Source: Chrysomallon squamiferum
Lineage: Eukaryota; Animalia; Mollusca
Direction of reading: 5' to 3'
Assembly: GCA_012295275.1 (NCBI GenBank)
Contig: CM022666.1
Span: 16,120,001-16,184,000 of the forward strand
Length of the DNA stretch: 64,000 nucleotides
The position numbers and the translations under genes are program-made. Numbering within the stretch: the stretch's first letter is position 1; each line of letters opens with the position of its first letter. This document shows positions 44,067 to 56,780 of this stretch, one piece after another. Below the pieces are notes generated by a model. The model was not told the origin of the DNA. It did not search any database and worked only from the letters and a program-made list of their open reading frames with translations.

Positions 44067-44161
<95 letters not shown>

Positions 44162-45431
44162 AAAAGTTCCAGTGGAATCATAACTCTTCAATTACCTGTG
44201 AACTAGATTGTTAACATACCTTTAATTATATCTCTGCTAATTTATTACACATATTTGTAATTACCTACATACTAACATATTCCATTTTTACTTGAAAAAA
44301 AAAAAAAAAAAAAAAAAAATAAATAAATAGCTAAGAAATTGGATTAGTCCTGTGTGTGCTTCCCATTTATCAAAATCTATCTTGTACGGTGACAGTGACG
44401 TCATCAGCTAACTTTTTTTCCGCCATTCTGGAGATTTTGGTTGAAGACGGGAGGCAGCTTAGTGTAGAGGTTTGACTTAAACCAACGAGGCGCGAGTCAT
44501 TTCGTTGTGGACAATACTGATAATAATGAAAAAGCAAATCCGCTTTATCAAGCAGCGTCTTTACTTTTTTTTTTTTTTTTTTTTTAATTACAAATAAGCA
44601 ACAAGAGATGATGTTTATGTACCTTCCCGACAGTATGAAGCGTCGTTATTTTAAAAAAAAAAAATAATAATAATATTAAATTATTCAAAAAGATTCTTTT
44701 ATGTCGTAAGTCAACTGTTTTACGTTTTCGTTGACAAATTTGGTCAGAGTCTGTTATTACAATTTATGTTATCAGTCCATTATCATCTTACAAATACTTC
44801 ACACTGCGACGTAGTGTTTTTTAGTTACAAACTCTGTTTTTTCTAGATATTCTAACGTGATTCCTTGATGAAGAAAAAAAAAATCTCTTTTACACGGCGA
44901 AGAAAAAAGTAGAAGCGTGTGTCTCAGAATAAAAAAAAAAAAAAAAAAAATTTTTTTTTTTCGGATCACTTCTATATTAAAAATTAGGATTTTCTGCTGA
45001 TAGTCATCAGCAATTGACAACCACAATCATAACTTGACTACTGGTCACGCCATCATAGTTTATATACAAAGTGTTCTTATTAACAGAAACGTCATTTTTG
45101 ATTTTTTTAAATAACGTTGCGAACTGGCAGATGTGGAGGGATTTATTACAAACATGACGTCATTTTCCTTATTATGACGTAGCAATGGAACCACAACATG
45201 GTTATGATCGCTGAAATTCTCAAGCATTTTCAATTATTGCTACTCCCTAATTTCCCGAACTAAACCAGGTTCTATCGGAAATGTTTAGCGTTAGCTAGTG
45301 TTGATTTAATTTATCTCTCTTGTTTCAGTTCCCTGGAGAACAAAAATTCATTTGTTGTTACAAATTGCTATATAACCGTCAAAATTCAGACCAAATTAAT
45401 AATATTAATTGTAATAATAAAATATAACATT

Positions 45432-45533
<102 letters not shown>

Positions 45534-46347
45534 CTATTACAGATTCGTCTTAACCACTTTTTTATTTTATGCAGTTGACTTAACTGGTCTGCTTCGATCA
45601 ACAATTACTGCTGACTTAGGATTTGACAAATTGTTCTTTCAGCCTTACAGAAGTGATACGGGGATGGGGGAGCTAGCTACCCACGGGCAATTTAAATTTA
45701 GACATTCGATATTAGCTGTGCGCATATTCTGACGTCTGTTTTAGCAGCATTGTATCGTTTCATACTGGGTTGTCACTTCTGTTTTAATTTTAGATGTAAT
45801 TTCCTTGATTGTGTTCAATGCGGGTTTGAAACAAACAGCGATTATTTTTTGTTTTTTCATTTCTTGCATAAATTTAAACGACAAACTAATGACAGAAAAA
45901 TTAGCAAAAATAGTAAGAAAGATTGTATGAGAAGAAAGAAACAAAGAAAATAAATCAACAAAAACAAATAAAACAACTGAAGAGAAAGGTTTCAAAAATC
46001 AATAATTTAATTCTAGGATAAATTGTGAAAAATAATAAATCAAGTAAAAACTGCTCTTTACGAGCTGGATCAGCTTACGATAAATGCGTCCGTGTTTTAT
46101 CAGTAATGTCCGTGTTTTACGTTTTAGTTCATTGCTTTTGTCCGCAATATTTTAAAGCATACTGAATAGGTCCGTTAAGTTATACCCTTTTAATTCAGTT
46201 AGATATGTCCGTGATAAGTTCGGTAATTATGTCCGTATTTTTGTTGAATTATATGAATTAACAAAATTAAGTTGATTCTGATATTCATTTCTAAAACTTT
46301 TTAAAGAAGATATCTAAGTGTATCATCATCATTATATCATCATCACC

Positions 46348-46383
<36 letters not shown>

Positions 46384-46521
46384 ATAATTATTATTATTAA
46401 TATGAACATATATGAACTATCTTGAACATTTTCCACGTAATTAAATCTTTAGTTATAGACATATATATGTGTATATATATACATATATACATACATACTC
46501 ACACACACATACACACACACT

Positions 46522-46559
<38 letters not shown>

Positions 46560-46706
46560 TACCAGTACAAACAATACACGAACACACATTTTATGCGAGT
46601 GACCATCAATTCTTGCACTATGTCACAACAAGGAGAACAGGGAAAACAAATAAAAATCAAACATAGAATAAAATTAAATAAATAAACAAACAAAAACAAA
46701 ACTCAC

Positions 46707-46778
46707 CACATCTTGCTGGTACGTGCTGCCCCAAACTGCTGCTAGCGAGAGAAACCAGAGAGGTTTAAACAAAACCAT
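46707..46778 (-). CDS. Exon 1 (signal peptide) of the neuropeptide precursor
   Basis: actATGG start, then MVLFKPLWFLSLAAVWGSTYQQDV and donor GTG|GTGAGT at 46706. 72 nt, phase 0. Hydrophobic core with likely cleavage after VWG. Linkage to exon 2 across a 12.2-kb intron is inferred from phase and strand. Confidence 0.75.
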
Positions 46779-46849
46779 AGTCGGGATGTCCGTCAGTCCG
46801 TTATTTCTAATCAACTCCAGACACGTTCGTAAGTTCGTTGATGTTACAC

Positions 46850-47040
46850 AGTGACACTCGCCAGACTCTGTTCACGCACCAAAAGCGAAACGTATAAATA
46901 CGTTCAAACTTCAAACAGACCGCCCACATGTCTTTAACCACGCCCACAAGCCACATGACAGACAGGTGAAGGAACCCGCGGGTTGCTTTTCGTAGCAGAA
47001 GACGACAGACGCGACAGGGTGACATCGATTGGGCCGTAAT
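46850..47040 (-). promoter_or_regulatory. Putative core promoter of the neuropeptide precursor gene
   Basis: TATTTATA on the minus strand at 46893-46900, about 120 nt upstream of the ATG. GTGGGCG boxes lie at about 46921-46947 in a CpG-rich patch. Confidence 0.5.
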
Positions 47041-48012
47041 TCTTGTTTTGTAATCAAATGTCGGACCAGAACCATACGATCAAAAAAAAAAAAAAAAAAA
47101 CCACAGCAGTTGTAAAAACGAAGTCTTAAAGTCGTTGACAATGCCGTCCCTAACGTAGTAGTTGTTGAAATTACATCATGCTGAAATGGACGAAGGTTCA
47201 GCGAAATGGAAAGCTGGTGATGTTTGTTTACAGCGAGTAAGTTGGTGCGAGTCTGGAGTCGTGTAAAGGAGGGCTATGAATTGTTAATGTCGGCGCGGTG
47301 ACGTTCAATAACTTTTTCCTATTTCACGCGTAACCGTAAATAATTGACGTTGATAATTAGTCATCAGAAACGCCGTTTGAAAATAATTCCAAATCAAAAG
47401 TGTTGTAACACAGACAACTCGTTTGTTTCTTTACACCGATCCCAGCGTGACTTCCACACCCGAACATTCACAGGGGCCGGGATAAAATAAATCTTAAAAA
47501 TTAATATTAATAACAAAAATATAAAATAAAGGAAGCGAAACGATAGGTTATGGTGTGATTAAGCGGAAAAAAGGAAAAGAGGAGGTGAAGATTTTGTTTT
47601 GTTAAAATAGTGTTTAATAAACGAATCAAATGCTAAATGTCAAACAAACACATATTTATATAAATAAATATGTGGGTTTTTGGGGTTTTTTTTTTCGTTT
47701 TTTCTTTGCTTTTTTGTTGTTTTTAATTTTTTATTATTTTTTTTGTTCGCACCTGCAGTTCATCATCATTTATTATTATTGTTGTTTGTCGTTGTTGCAT
47801 TTGGGCAATAAAGGAACAGCAAAATATTCTTGTTACGAAAATTTCGCGAACAGTTTGACTAATTAGCTCTATAGCATCTGTAAAACGCTTATTTCTTTGT
47901 GCGTGTATACGTGTGTGAATCCGTGCGTGTTTGTAGAAACAGACAAACTCAGCATAATCAGCACGTTACAGTTCTCTTTTTCAAACAGACTAAACAATTT
48001 ACCTTGCTTGCT

Positions 48013-48177
<165 letters not shown>

Positions 48178-48554
48178 CTCTGACTCTTACTCTGACTCTC
48201 TTTTTGTCTTCCTCTCTCTGAATATTTGTCGGATTCAGTACAGGACGGAATGAAACGTTGACTATCAAATTTTGAAAAAACCAGATTCAGCTACCAGATC
48301 ATAGACACACAAACTTTATTAAGTCACAGAGTCCTGCCACATCAGAGGTACACGAAACACAGAAACAGATGTAAGTGTTTTCAGTGGTTCTTTTCAGTGG
48401 TTCTATTAATTTTGCTGTGAAAGAACTTGGTAGACCCAGAGTTAGAGGTATCTTTGCGGTTTTACTGATTCCTCTTCTTCATGTGGTGATATACAGTACC
48501 TGTTGTTGCTATTGCCGTTGCTGTTGCCATTCTCGTTGTTATTGTTGCTGTTGT

Positions 48555-48880
48555 TGTTGCTGACGTTATTGTTGTTGTCATTTTTATTATTATTGTTATT
48601 GCTATTGTTGTTACTGGTGTTGTTGTTGATGACGTTATTTTTGTTGTTATTTTTATTATTATTGTTGTTACTGGTGTTGTTGTTGATGACGTTATTGTTG
48701 TTGTCATTTTTATTATTATTGTTATTGCTATTGTTGTTACTGGTGTTGTTGTTGATGACGTTATTTTTGTTGTCATTTTTATTATTATTGTTATTGCTAT
48801 TGTTGTTACTGGTGTTGTTGTTGATGACGTTATTGTTGTTGTCATTTTTATTATTATTGTTATTGCTATTGTTGTTGTTG
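48555..48880. repeat. Higher-order 69-bp repeat built from TTG/TTA triplets
   Basis: GACGTT anchors at 48562, 48631, 48688, 48757 and 48826 (spacing 69, 57, 69, 69). Confidence 0.85.
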
Positions 48881-49207
48881 CTTTTGTTATTATTATTATT
48901 GTTTTGTTGTTGTTGTTGTTTCTGTTATTGTTGTTGTTGTTATTGTTGTTTGTGTTTTTGTTGTTGTTTGTTTTGTTGTTGCTGTGAACGTGAAAAGTAA
49001 GCTGATATGAAAAATAACTTCCTCATTTGACACAAATGTCAGGTTTCATATTTCTTCTCGTAACAAACCTCTACAAATAGATCAGTTACCTAACCATTGT
49101 AAATCCACTTCCGTTTGAAATACATTACATTTGTTATCGTCTTTGTTTCACAAAGAACATTAAAAAATACATTTTACAAATCAATTATTTGCACAGGGAC
49201 AAATCCA

Positions 49208-49276
<69 letters not shown>

Positions 49277-49387
49277 TTTTTATTTATTTATTTATTTTAT
49301 ATTAGTTTTATGTTAATTAAAATTTCTGTTTTTTCGTTGACATCAAGCTATGTTGAGATTTGTTGTGCATAAACAAACACACATGTA

Positions 49388-49518
49388 TTATGTATGTATG
49401 TATGTATGTATGTATGTATGTATGTATATATGTATGTATATATATATGTATGTATGTATGTATATATGTATGTATGTATGTATGTATATATATATGTATG
49501 TATGTATGTATATGTATG

Positions 49519-49550
<32 letters not shown>

Positions 49551-49837
49551 GTGTGTATGTATGTATGTATGTGAGTATGAATGTATATATATGTGTGTGT
49601 ATGTGTGTGTATGTATGTATGTATGTATGTGTGTATGTCTGTATGTATATGTATGTATGTATGTATGTATGTGTGTATGTATGTATGTATGTATGTATAT
49701 GTATGTATGTATGTATGTGTATGTATGTATGTATGTATGTGTGTGTGTGTATGTATGTATATATATGTATGTATGTATGTGTGTGTGTGTATGTATATAT
49801 GTATGTGTGTGTATATATGTATGTATATATGTATGTA

Positions 49838-49880
<43 letters not shown>

Positions 49881-49963
49881 TTATGTGTGTGTATGTATGT
49901 ATGTATGTATGTGTGTATGTATATATGTATGTGTGTGTATATATGTATGTATGTATATGTATG

Positions 49964-50004
<41 letters not shown>
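49388..50004. repeat. (TATG)n/(TG)n compound microsatellite
   Basis: Visible simple repeat. Confidence 0.95.
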
Positions 50005-50006
<2 letters not shown>

Positions 50007-50192
50007 CCCTCGCCTGCGTTGAACCGCTCCTGGTGAACATAAAAAGAAGACGAATGTAAACGGAAAACTAGTTTAATGTAAATATTGTATTACAAGATAG
50101 ATTTAGCTTACTGTGTGGGTGGAGAAACTGTGCTGTTGTTATTAACAGCAGGACTACACTGATACGAAAACCTTTCTTTTTTACATCTGTAA

Positions 50193-50260
<68 letters not shown>

Positions 50261-50393
50261 TAAATGATAGAAAGACTGAGTAAAAGAATGAATTAACGAA
50301 CTGAATGAATAAATAAATCTACGAACAGTAAATTTATGGATGAATTAATTTGTGAACGAATGAATGAATGTAGGAACGCAGGAATAAATATAT

Positions 50394-50868
50394 AGATGGA
50401 TGGATGGATGAATGGATGGATGGATGAATGGATGGATGGATGGATGAATGGATGGATGGATGGATGGATGGATGGATGGATGGATGAATGGATGGATGGT
50501 TGGATGGATGGATGGATGAATGGATGGATGGATGGATGAATGGATGGATGGGTGAATGGATGGTAGGACGGATGAGTGGATGGATGAATGGATGGATGGA
50601 TGGGTGAATGGATGGATGGATAGATGAATGGATGGATGGATGGATGGATGGATGGATGGATGGATGGATGGATGGATGAATGGATGGTAGGACGGATGGA
50701 TGGATGGATGGATGGATGGGTGAATGGATGGATGGATAGATGAATGGATGGATGGATGGATGGATGGATGGGTGAATGAATGGATGGATGGATGAATGGA
50801 TGGATGGATGGATGAATGGATGGATGGATGGATGAATGGATGGATGGGTGAATGGATGGATGGATAGA
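50394..50868. repeat. (GGAT)n microsatellite with GAAT variants
   Basis: Visible simple repeat. Confidence 0.95.
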
Positions 50869-53159
50869 TTTGTGAATTCATTCATTCAGTAGTCAAATAG
50901 AAACTTGAACAAGAAAAGTCTCTTTTTTATTTTGTTTTCTTTTTCTCTTACATGAATCCTCTGTGAAATATTCTCACACAAAACGTGTTTTTGTATGAAA
51001 ATGTAAGAAACATTCCACTCAAATTGTCTAGAACGCATTGACTGGAGTTGAGTGTTTTATGTATGTATGTATTCAACTCACCACGATATGATTCATCAAA
51101 TCAAGGATAGAAAGAAAACATAGTGTGATTCTTTCACCTTTCTCTGTTTGAGAAAAAAAATAATAATTTCGAAAAATTTATTAAATGAAATAAAAAAATA
51201 AAAAATAAGGTGAAACGAAAGTAAGATGTAGACAGAATATTTATAATAATCACATAAAAATATTCCAAGACAAACACAGAATATTTCATACAAACACACA
51301 GATAAATATTTCAGGCAGGCACAACGAGTATTTAAAAGAGACACAAAGAATTTCAGACACACACACACATGTATATTTTAAACAAACACATCAAATATTT
51401 GAAAACACAGCCAGGAATATCTTAGACAAATACACACAGGAATATTTCAAACCAACCGACTCAGGAATAATATTTCATACAGACACAGGAATGTTTGATA
51501 CAGACGCTAGGAATGTTTGATACAGACAAAGGAAAATTAAAAAAAAAAAAAAAAAAAAAAAGGAATATAAAAAAAAACCTGTTCAAGGATTATTTCAAAG
51601 AAACCCAGGATTATTTCAAACCCACGCTCTTCAGGAATATTTCAAACCAACACACAGAGGAATAATATTTCAAACACGCAGGACTGTTTGAAAGAAAAGA
51701 CAAAGAGAAAATCTCAAACAAACAAACATCGTGTGTCTCCTGGCACCAGTCGCTCGCTTCCGACAACTTGTGACTGCGGCCAGTGAGGCGAGTTATGGTC
51801 AGCGAGTTTTCTACAATCAAAGCTTTCATCGTCGAGCGTCGAGTGCGCGCGGCAAGCATCCACGTGCGAGTCAAGAACGCGGCGTGCGATTGTTCGCGGT
51901 CACGTGACCCGCCACGAGCACGGCCAGACAAGCGCTGTAATGAAAGCGGCTATTTTCGCCGGGACTCTAAAGAGACTTGAGACTATTCGACATGAAATTA
52001 CCATTCCATTTTCTTGCCGTTTGATACAGTTACTGGCTTCGGATTAATGGGAAAACGCAATCAGTTAGAAGAAGCTGTTGTTGGATCGACTGCTATGTAG
52101 GTGAACATCTTTTTAACGTGACGCTCGCCCGTGCTTTCCACTGACTTCCCCGTTTGGCGAACGTCTCAGCCAAGTGACGATGCTAATGCAACTTTGCCTT
52201 CTTGTTACCCTCGTCTACGCTTCACGTTGACCGTGCTGTCAACACGCGAGACCGTGCACGAGCTCTTAAAACTGATTAGCGACAAAGTGAAAATCAATCG
52301 ACGTCTAACAGGACGTTTTTCACACACGGCTCTGTAAGCAAGCAAACACAGTGCTCATTATTTCACACAACGCAATTAAACTTCCAAACTATAAACATTT
52401 ATACTGAAACCTTCTGAGATGTCGCCATGACAACTGCACTCACCTGCCCTATTCGTTCAGTATCTTAGATATACTCTTTGACAAACCCTTCCATTCTTAC
52501 ATTCAAATAACCAAAGTTTGAAGACTTAAATTTGATACTCATTAAACTTTTCAAAGTGCTAAAGTTTCAGTGAAAGTTTTCCAACAACGTTTACTTATAA
52601 ACCATTTCCTGATTGTTTTTAATGATGTATTTTGAAAGAACTAACTTAATGTAAACAGTTCTTTGTTTGTTTTTGTTTTCTTACAATGTCTTTCAAAATT
52701 TGCAATGCGAGGTTTTTTAAACCAAATTTAGTTATAAAACCATTTATTAGTTTGTTTTTGGCAATGACTTTTAAGAAGTACTTTGTTTTTAATATAAACA
52801 GTATTTTGTTTTTACATTGTGTGTTAGTTGAAAACATCAAGTCCAGACAAAGCTGAGATATGTTAGTGATGCGGATTCTACTCAGCTGGGAACGTGGACA
52901 TGTAACTGATATCTCAGTCAGTCAGGGGACGTCACTCTGTCGTGTCTTTGAGTGATGGACGACGGACGTACTGACGGACAACACAAATTGGTGTCAGAAC
53001 AAAACAAACGAGTCGCCTACTGCCGTGCTTACCTTGTCATCCGTAATTTAAACAATACAAACAAAACCAACAAAACACCAAAAAAAAAACAAAAATAAAA
53101 CAACAACAACAATTTTGAGCTCACTGCTGATCCCCGAGACAAAGTTGAAAACAAATCTG

Positions 53160-55762
53160 AACTTACGTCTGTCTCAGTTCCGTGAATCAGTTAGTCAGTG
53201 GGTTAAGGAATCAGTGAATGATGTGTACTCACACTTACGTCTGTCTCAGTTCCGTGAATCAGTTAGTCAGTGGGTTAAGGAATCAGTGAATGATGTGTAC
53301 TCACACTTACGTCTGTCTCAGTTCCGTGAATCAGTTAGTCAGTGAGTTAAAGAATCAGTGAATGATGTGTACTCACACTTACGTCTGTCTCAGTTCCGTG
53401 AATCAGTTAGTCAGTGGGTTAAGGAATCAGTGAATGATGTGTACTCACACTTACGTCTGTCTCAGTTCCGTGAATCAGTTAGTCAGTGGGTTAAGGAATC
53501 AGTGAATGATGTGTACTCACACTTACGTCTGTCTCAGTTCCGTGAATCAGTTAGTCAGTGGGTTAAGGAATCAGTGAATGATGTGTACTCACACTTACGT
53601 CTGTCTCAGTTCCGTGAATCAGTTAGTCAGTGGGTTAAGGAATCAGTGAATGATGTGTACTCACACTTACGTCTGTCTCAGTTCCGTGAATCAGTTAGTC
53701 AGTGGGTTAAGGAATCAGTGAATGATGTGTACTCACACTTACGTCTGTCTCAGTTCCGTGAATCAGTTAGTCAGTGGGTTAAGGAATCAGTGAATGATGT
53801 GTACTCACACTTACGTCTGTCTCAGTTCCGTGAATCAGTTAGTCAGTGGGTTAAGGAATCAGTGAATGATGTGTACTCACACTTACGTCTGTCTCAGTTC
53901 CGTGAATCAGTTAGTCAGTGAGTTAAGGAATCAGTGAATGATGTGTACTCACACTTACGTCTGTCTCAGTTCCGTGAATCAGTTAGTCAGTGGGTTAAGG
54001 AATCAGTGAATGATGTGTACTCACACTTACGTCTGTCTCAGTTCCGTGAATCAGTTAGTCAGTGGGTTAAGGAATCAGTGAATGATGTGTACTCACACTT
54101 ACGTCTGTCTCAGTTCCGTGAATCAGTTAGTCAGTGAGTTAAAGAATCAGTGAATGATGTGTACTCACACTTACGTCTGTCTCAGTTCCGTGAATCAGTT
54201 AGTCAGTGGGTTAAGGAATCAGTGAATGATGTGTACTCACACTTACGTCTGTCTCAGTTCCGTGAATCAGTTAGTCAGTGGGTTAAGGAATCAGTGAATG
54301 ATGTGTACTCACACTTACGTCTGTCTCAGTTCCGTGAATCAGTTAGTCAGTGGGTTAAGGAATCAGTGAATGATGTGTACTCACAACGTCTGTCTCAGTT
54401 CCGTGAATAAGTTAGTCAGTGGGTTAAGGAATCAGTGAATGATGTGTACTCACACTTACGTCTGTCTCAGTTCCGTGAATCAGTTAGTCAGTGAGTTAAG
54501 GAATCAGTGAATGATGTGTACTCACACTTACGTCTGTCTCAGTTCCGTGAATCAGTTAGTCAGTGAGTTAAGGAATCAGTGAATGATGTGTACTCACACT
54601 TACGTCTGTCTCAGTTCCGTGAATCAGTTAGTCAGTGGGTTAAGGAATCAGTGAATGATGTGTACTCACACTTACGTCTGTCTCAGTTCCGTGAATCAGT
54701 TAGTCAGTGGGTGAATGATGTGTACTCACACTTACGTCTGTCTCAGTTCCGTGAATCAGTTAGTCAGTGGGTTAAGGAATCAGTGAATGATGTGTACTCA
54801 CACTTACGTCTGTCTCAGTTCCGTGAATCAGTTAGTCAGTGAGTTAAGGAATCAGTGAATGATGTGTACTCACACTTACGTCTGTCTCAGTTCCGTGAAT
54901 CAGTTAGTCAGTGGGTTAAGGAATCAGTGAATGATGTGTACTCACACTTACGTCTGTCTCAGTTCCGTGAATCAGTTAGTCAGTGGGTTAAGGAATCAGT
55001 GAATGATGTGTACTCACACTTACGTCTGTCTCAGTTCCGTGAATCAGTTAGTCAGTGGGTTAAGGAATCAGTGAATGATGTGTACTCACACTTACGTCTG
55101 TCTCAGTTCCGTGAATCAGTTAGTCAGTGGGTTAAGGAATCAGTGAATGATGTGTACTACTCACACTTACGTCTGTCTCAGTTCCGTGAATCAGTTAGTC
55201 AGTGAGTTAAGGAATCAGTGAATGATGTGTACTCACACTTACGTCTGTCTCAGTTCCGTGAATCAGTTAGTGAGTGAGTTAAGGAATCAGTACTCACACT
55301 TACGTCTGTCTCAGTTCCGTGAATCAGTTAGTCAGTGAGTTAAAGAATCAGTGAATGATGTGTACTCACACTTACGTCTGTCTCAGTTCCGTGAATCAGT
55401 TAGTCAGTGAGTTAAAGAATCAGTGAATGATGTGTACTCACACTTACGTCTGTCTCAGTTCCGTGAATCAGTTAGTCAGTGAGTTAAAGAATCAGTGAAT
55501 GATGTGTACTCACACTTACGCCTGTCTTAGTTCCGTGAATAAGTTAGTCTGTGAGTGAATGATGTGTACTCACACTTACGCCTGTCTTAGTTCCGTGAAT
55601 CAGTTAGTCTGTGAGTGAATGATGCGTACTCACACTTACGTCTGTCTTAATTCAGTGAATCAGTCAGTGAGTGAAAGAATCAGTGAATGATTTGTACTCA
55701 CACTTACCTCTGTCTTAGTTCTGTGAATCAGTTAGTCAGTGAGTGAAAGAATCAGTGAATAC
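53160..55762. repeat. Homogeneous 72-bp tandem repeat, about 36 copies: CACTTACGTCTGTCTCAGTTCCGTGAATCAGTTAGTCAGTGGGTTAAGGAATCAGTGAATGATGTGTACTCA
   Basis: Near-identical head-to-tail units with no unique spacers, diverging at the right end. Confidence 0.97.
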
Positions 55763-55899
55763 TTATGGGTGACATATGTTCTGACTGGATTTGTAAGGTC
55801 GTGACTGGACTTTGTCCTCCTGTTCCAGTGCGTTCCCGAATGTTGTCTATGTGCAGAGTCTAATCAGACATACATAAGACAGAGAATATTGAAATCGTG

Positions 55900-56780
55900 A
55901 AACATACACATACATGCACATATAAACATACATCATACACACATACATCCATCCATACATACATATATAAACACACAACATATACACATACATCTATACA
56001 TCCAGTGATATATCACCGAATATTACACATACATATACAGACATCTAATCAGACATACATAATACATCTATACATATTGAAATAAACACACAATATATAA
56101 CATACATCTATATATACACATATATAAACACACATACACATCGTCTATACATCCATTGATATATAAACACACAATATATACACATACATCTATACATATA
56201 TATAAACACACAACATACATAACACATACATCCATCCATACATACATATATAAACACACAACATATACACATACATCTATACATCCATTGATATATAAAC
56301 ACACAATATATACACATACATCTATACATACATACATATATAAACACACAACATATACACATACATCTATACATCCATTGATATATAAACACACAATATA
56401 TACACATACGTCTATACATACATATATATATACATATACACATACATCATCCATACATATATCCATCCATACATATATAAAACACACAACATACATACAC
56501 ATATATACATCACATCCATACATACATATATAAACACACAACATATACACATCCATACATACATACATATATAAACACACAACATATACATACATCCATA
56601 CATACATACATATATAAACACACAACATATACATATACATTCATCCATCCATACATATATAAACACACAATATATACACATACATCTATACATACATACA
56701 TATATAAACACACAACATATACACATATGTCTATACATACATTGATATATAAACACATACGTCTATACATACATACATAC
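55900..56780. repeat. Degenerate AC/AT-rich minisatellite (about 45-bp periodicity, ATATAAACACACAA anchor)
   Basis: Recurring TATAAACACACAACATATACACATACATCTATAC units. Confidence 0.85.

Noticed and set aside
49350-50885. 170-220 aa ORFs of MYVC/HPSI repeats
   Set aside because: Translations of (TATG)n and (GGAT)n simple repeats.
53160-55762. CRISPR array or repeat protein (NDVYSHLRLSQFRESVSQWVKESV)n
   Set aside because: No unique spacers, no cas genes and a eukaryotic context. Frequent TGG-to-TGA stops, indels and a lack of synonymous variation indicate a non-coding tandem repeat.
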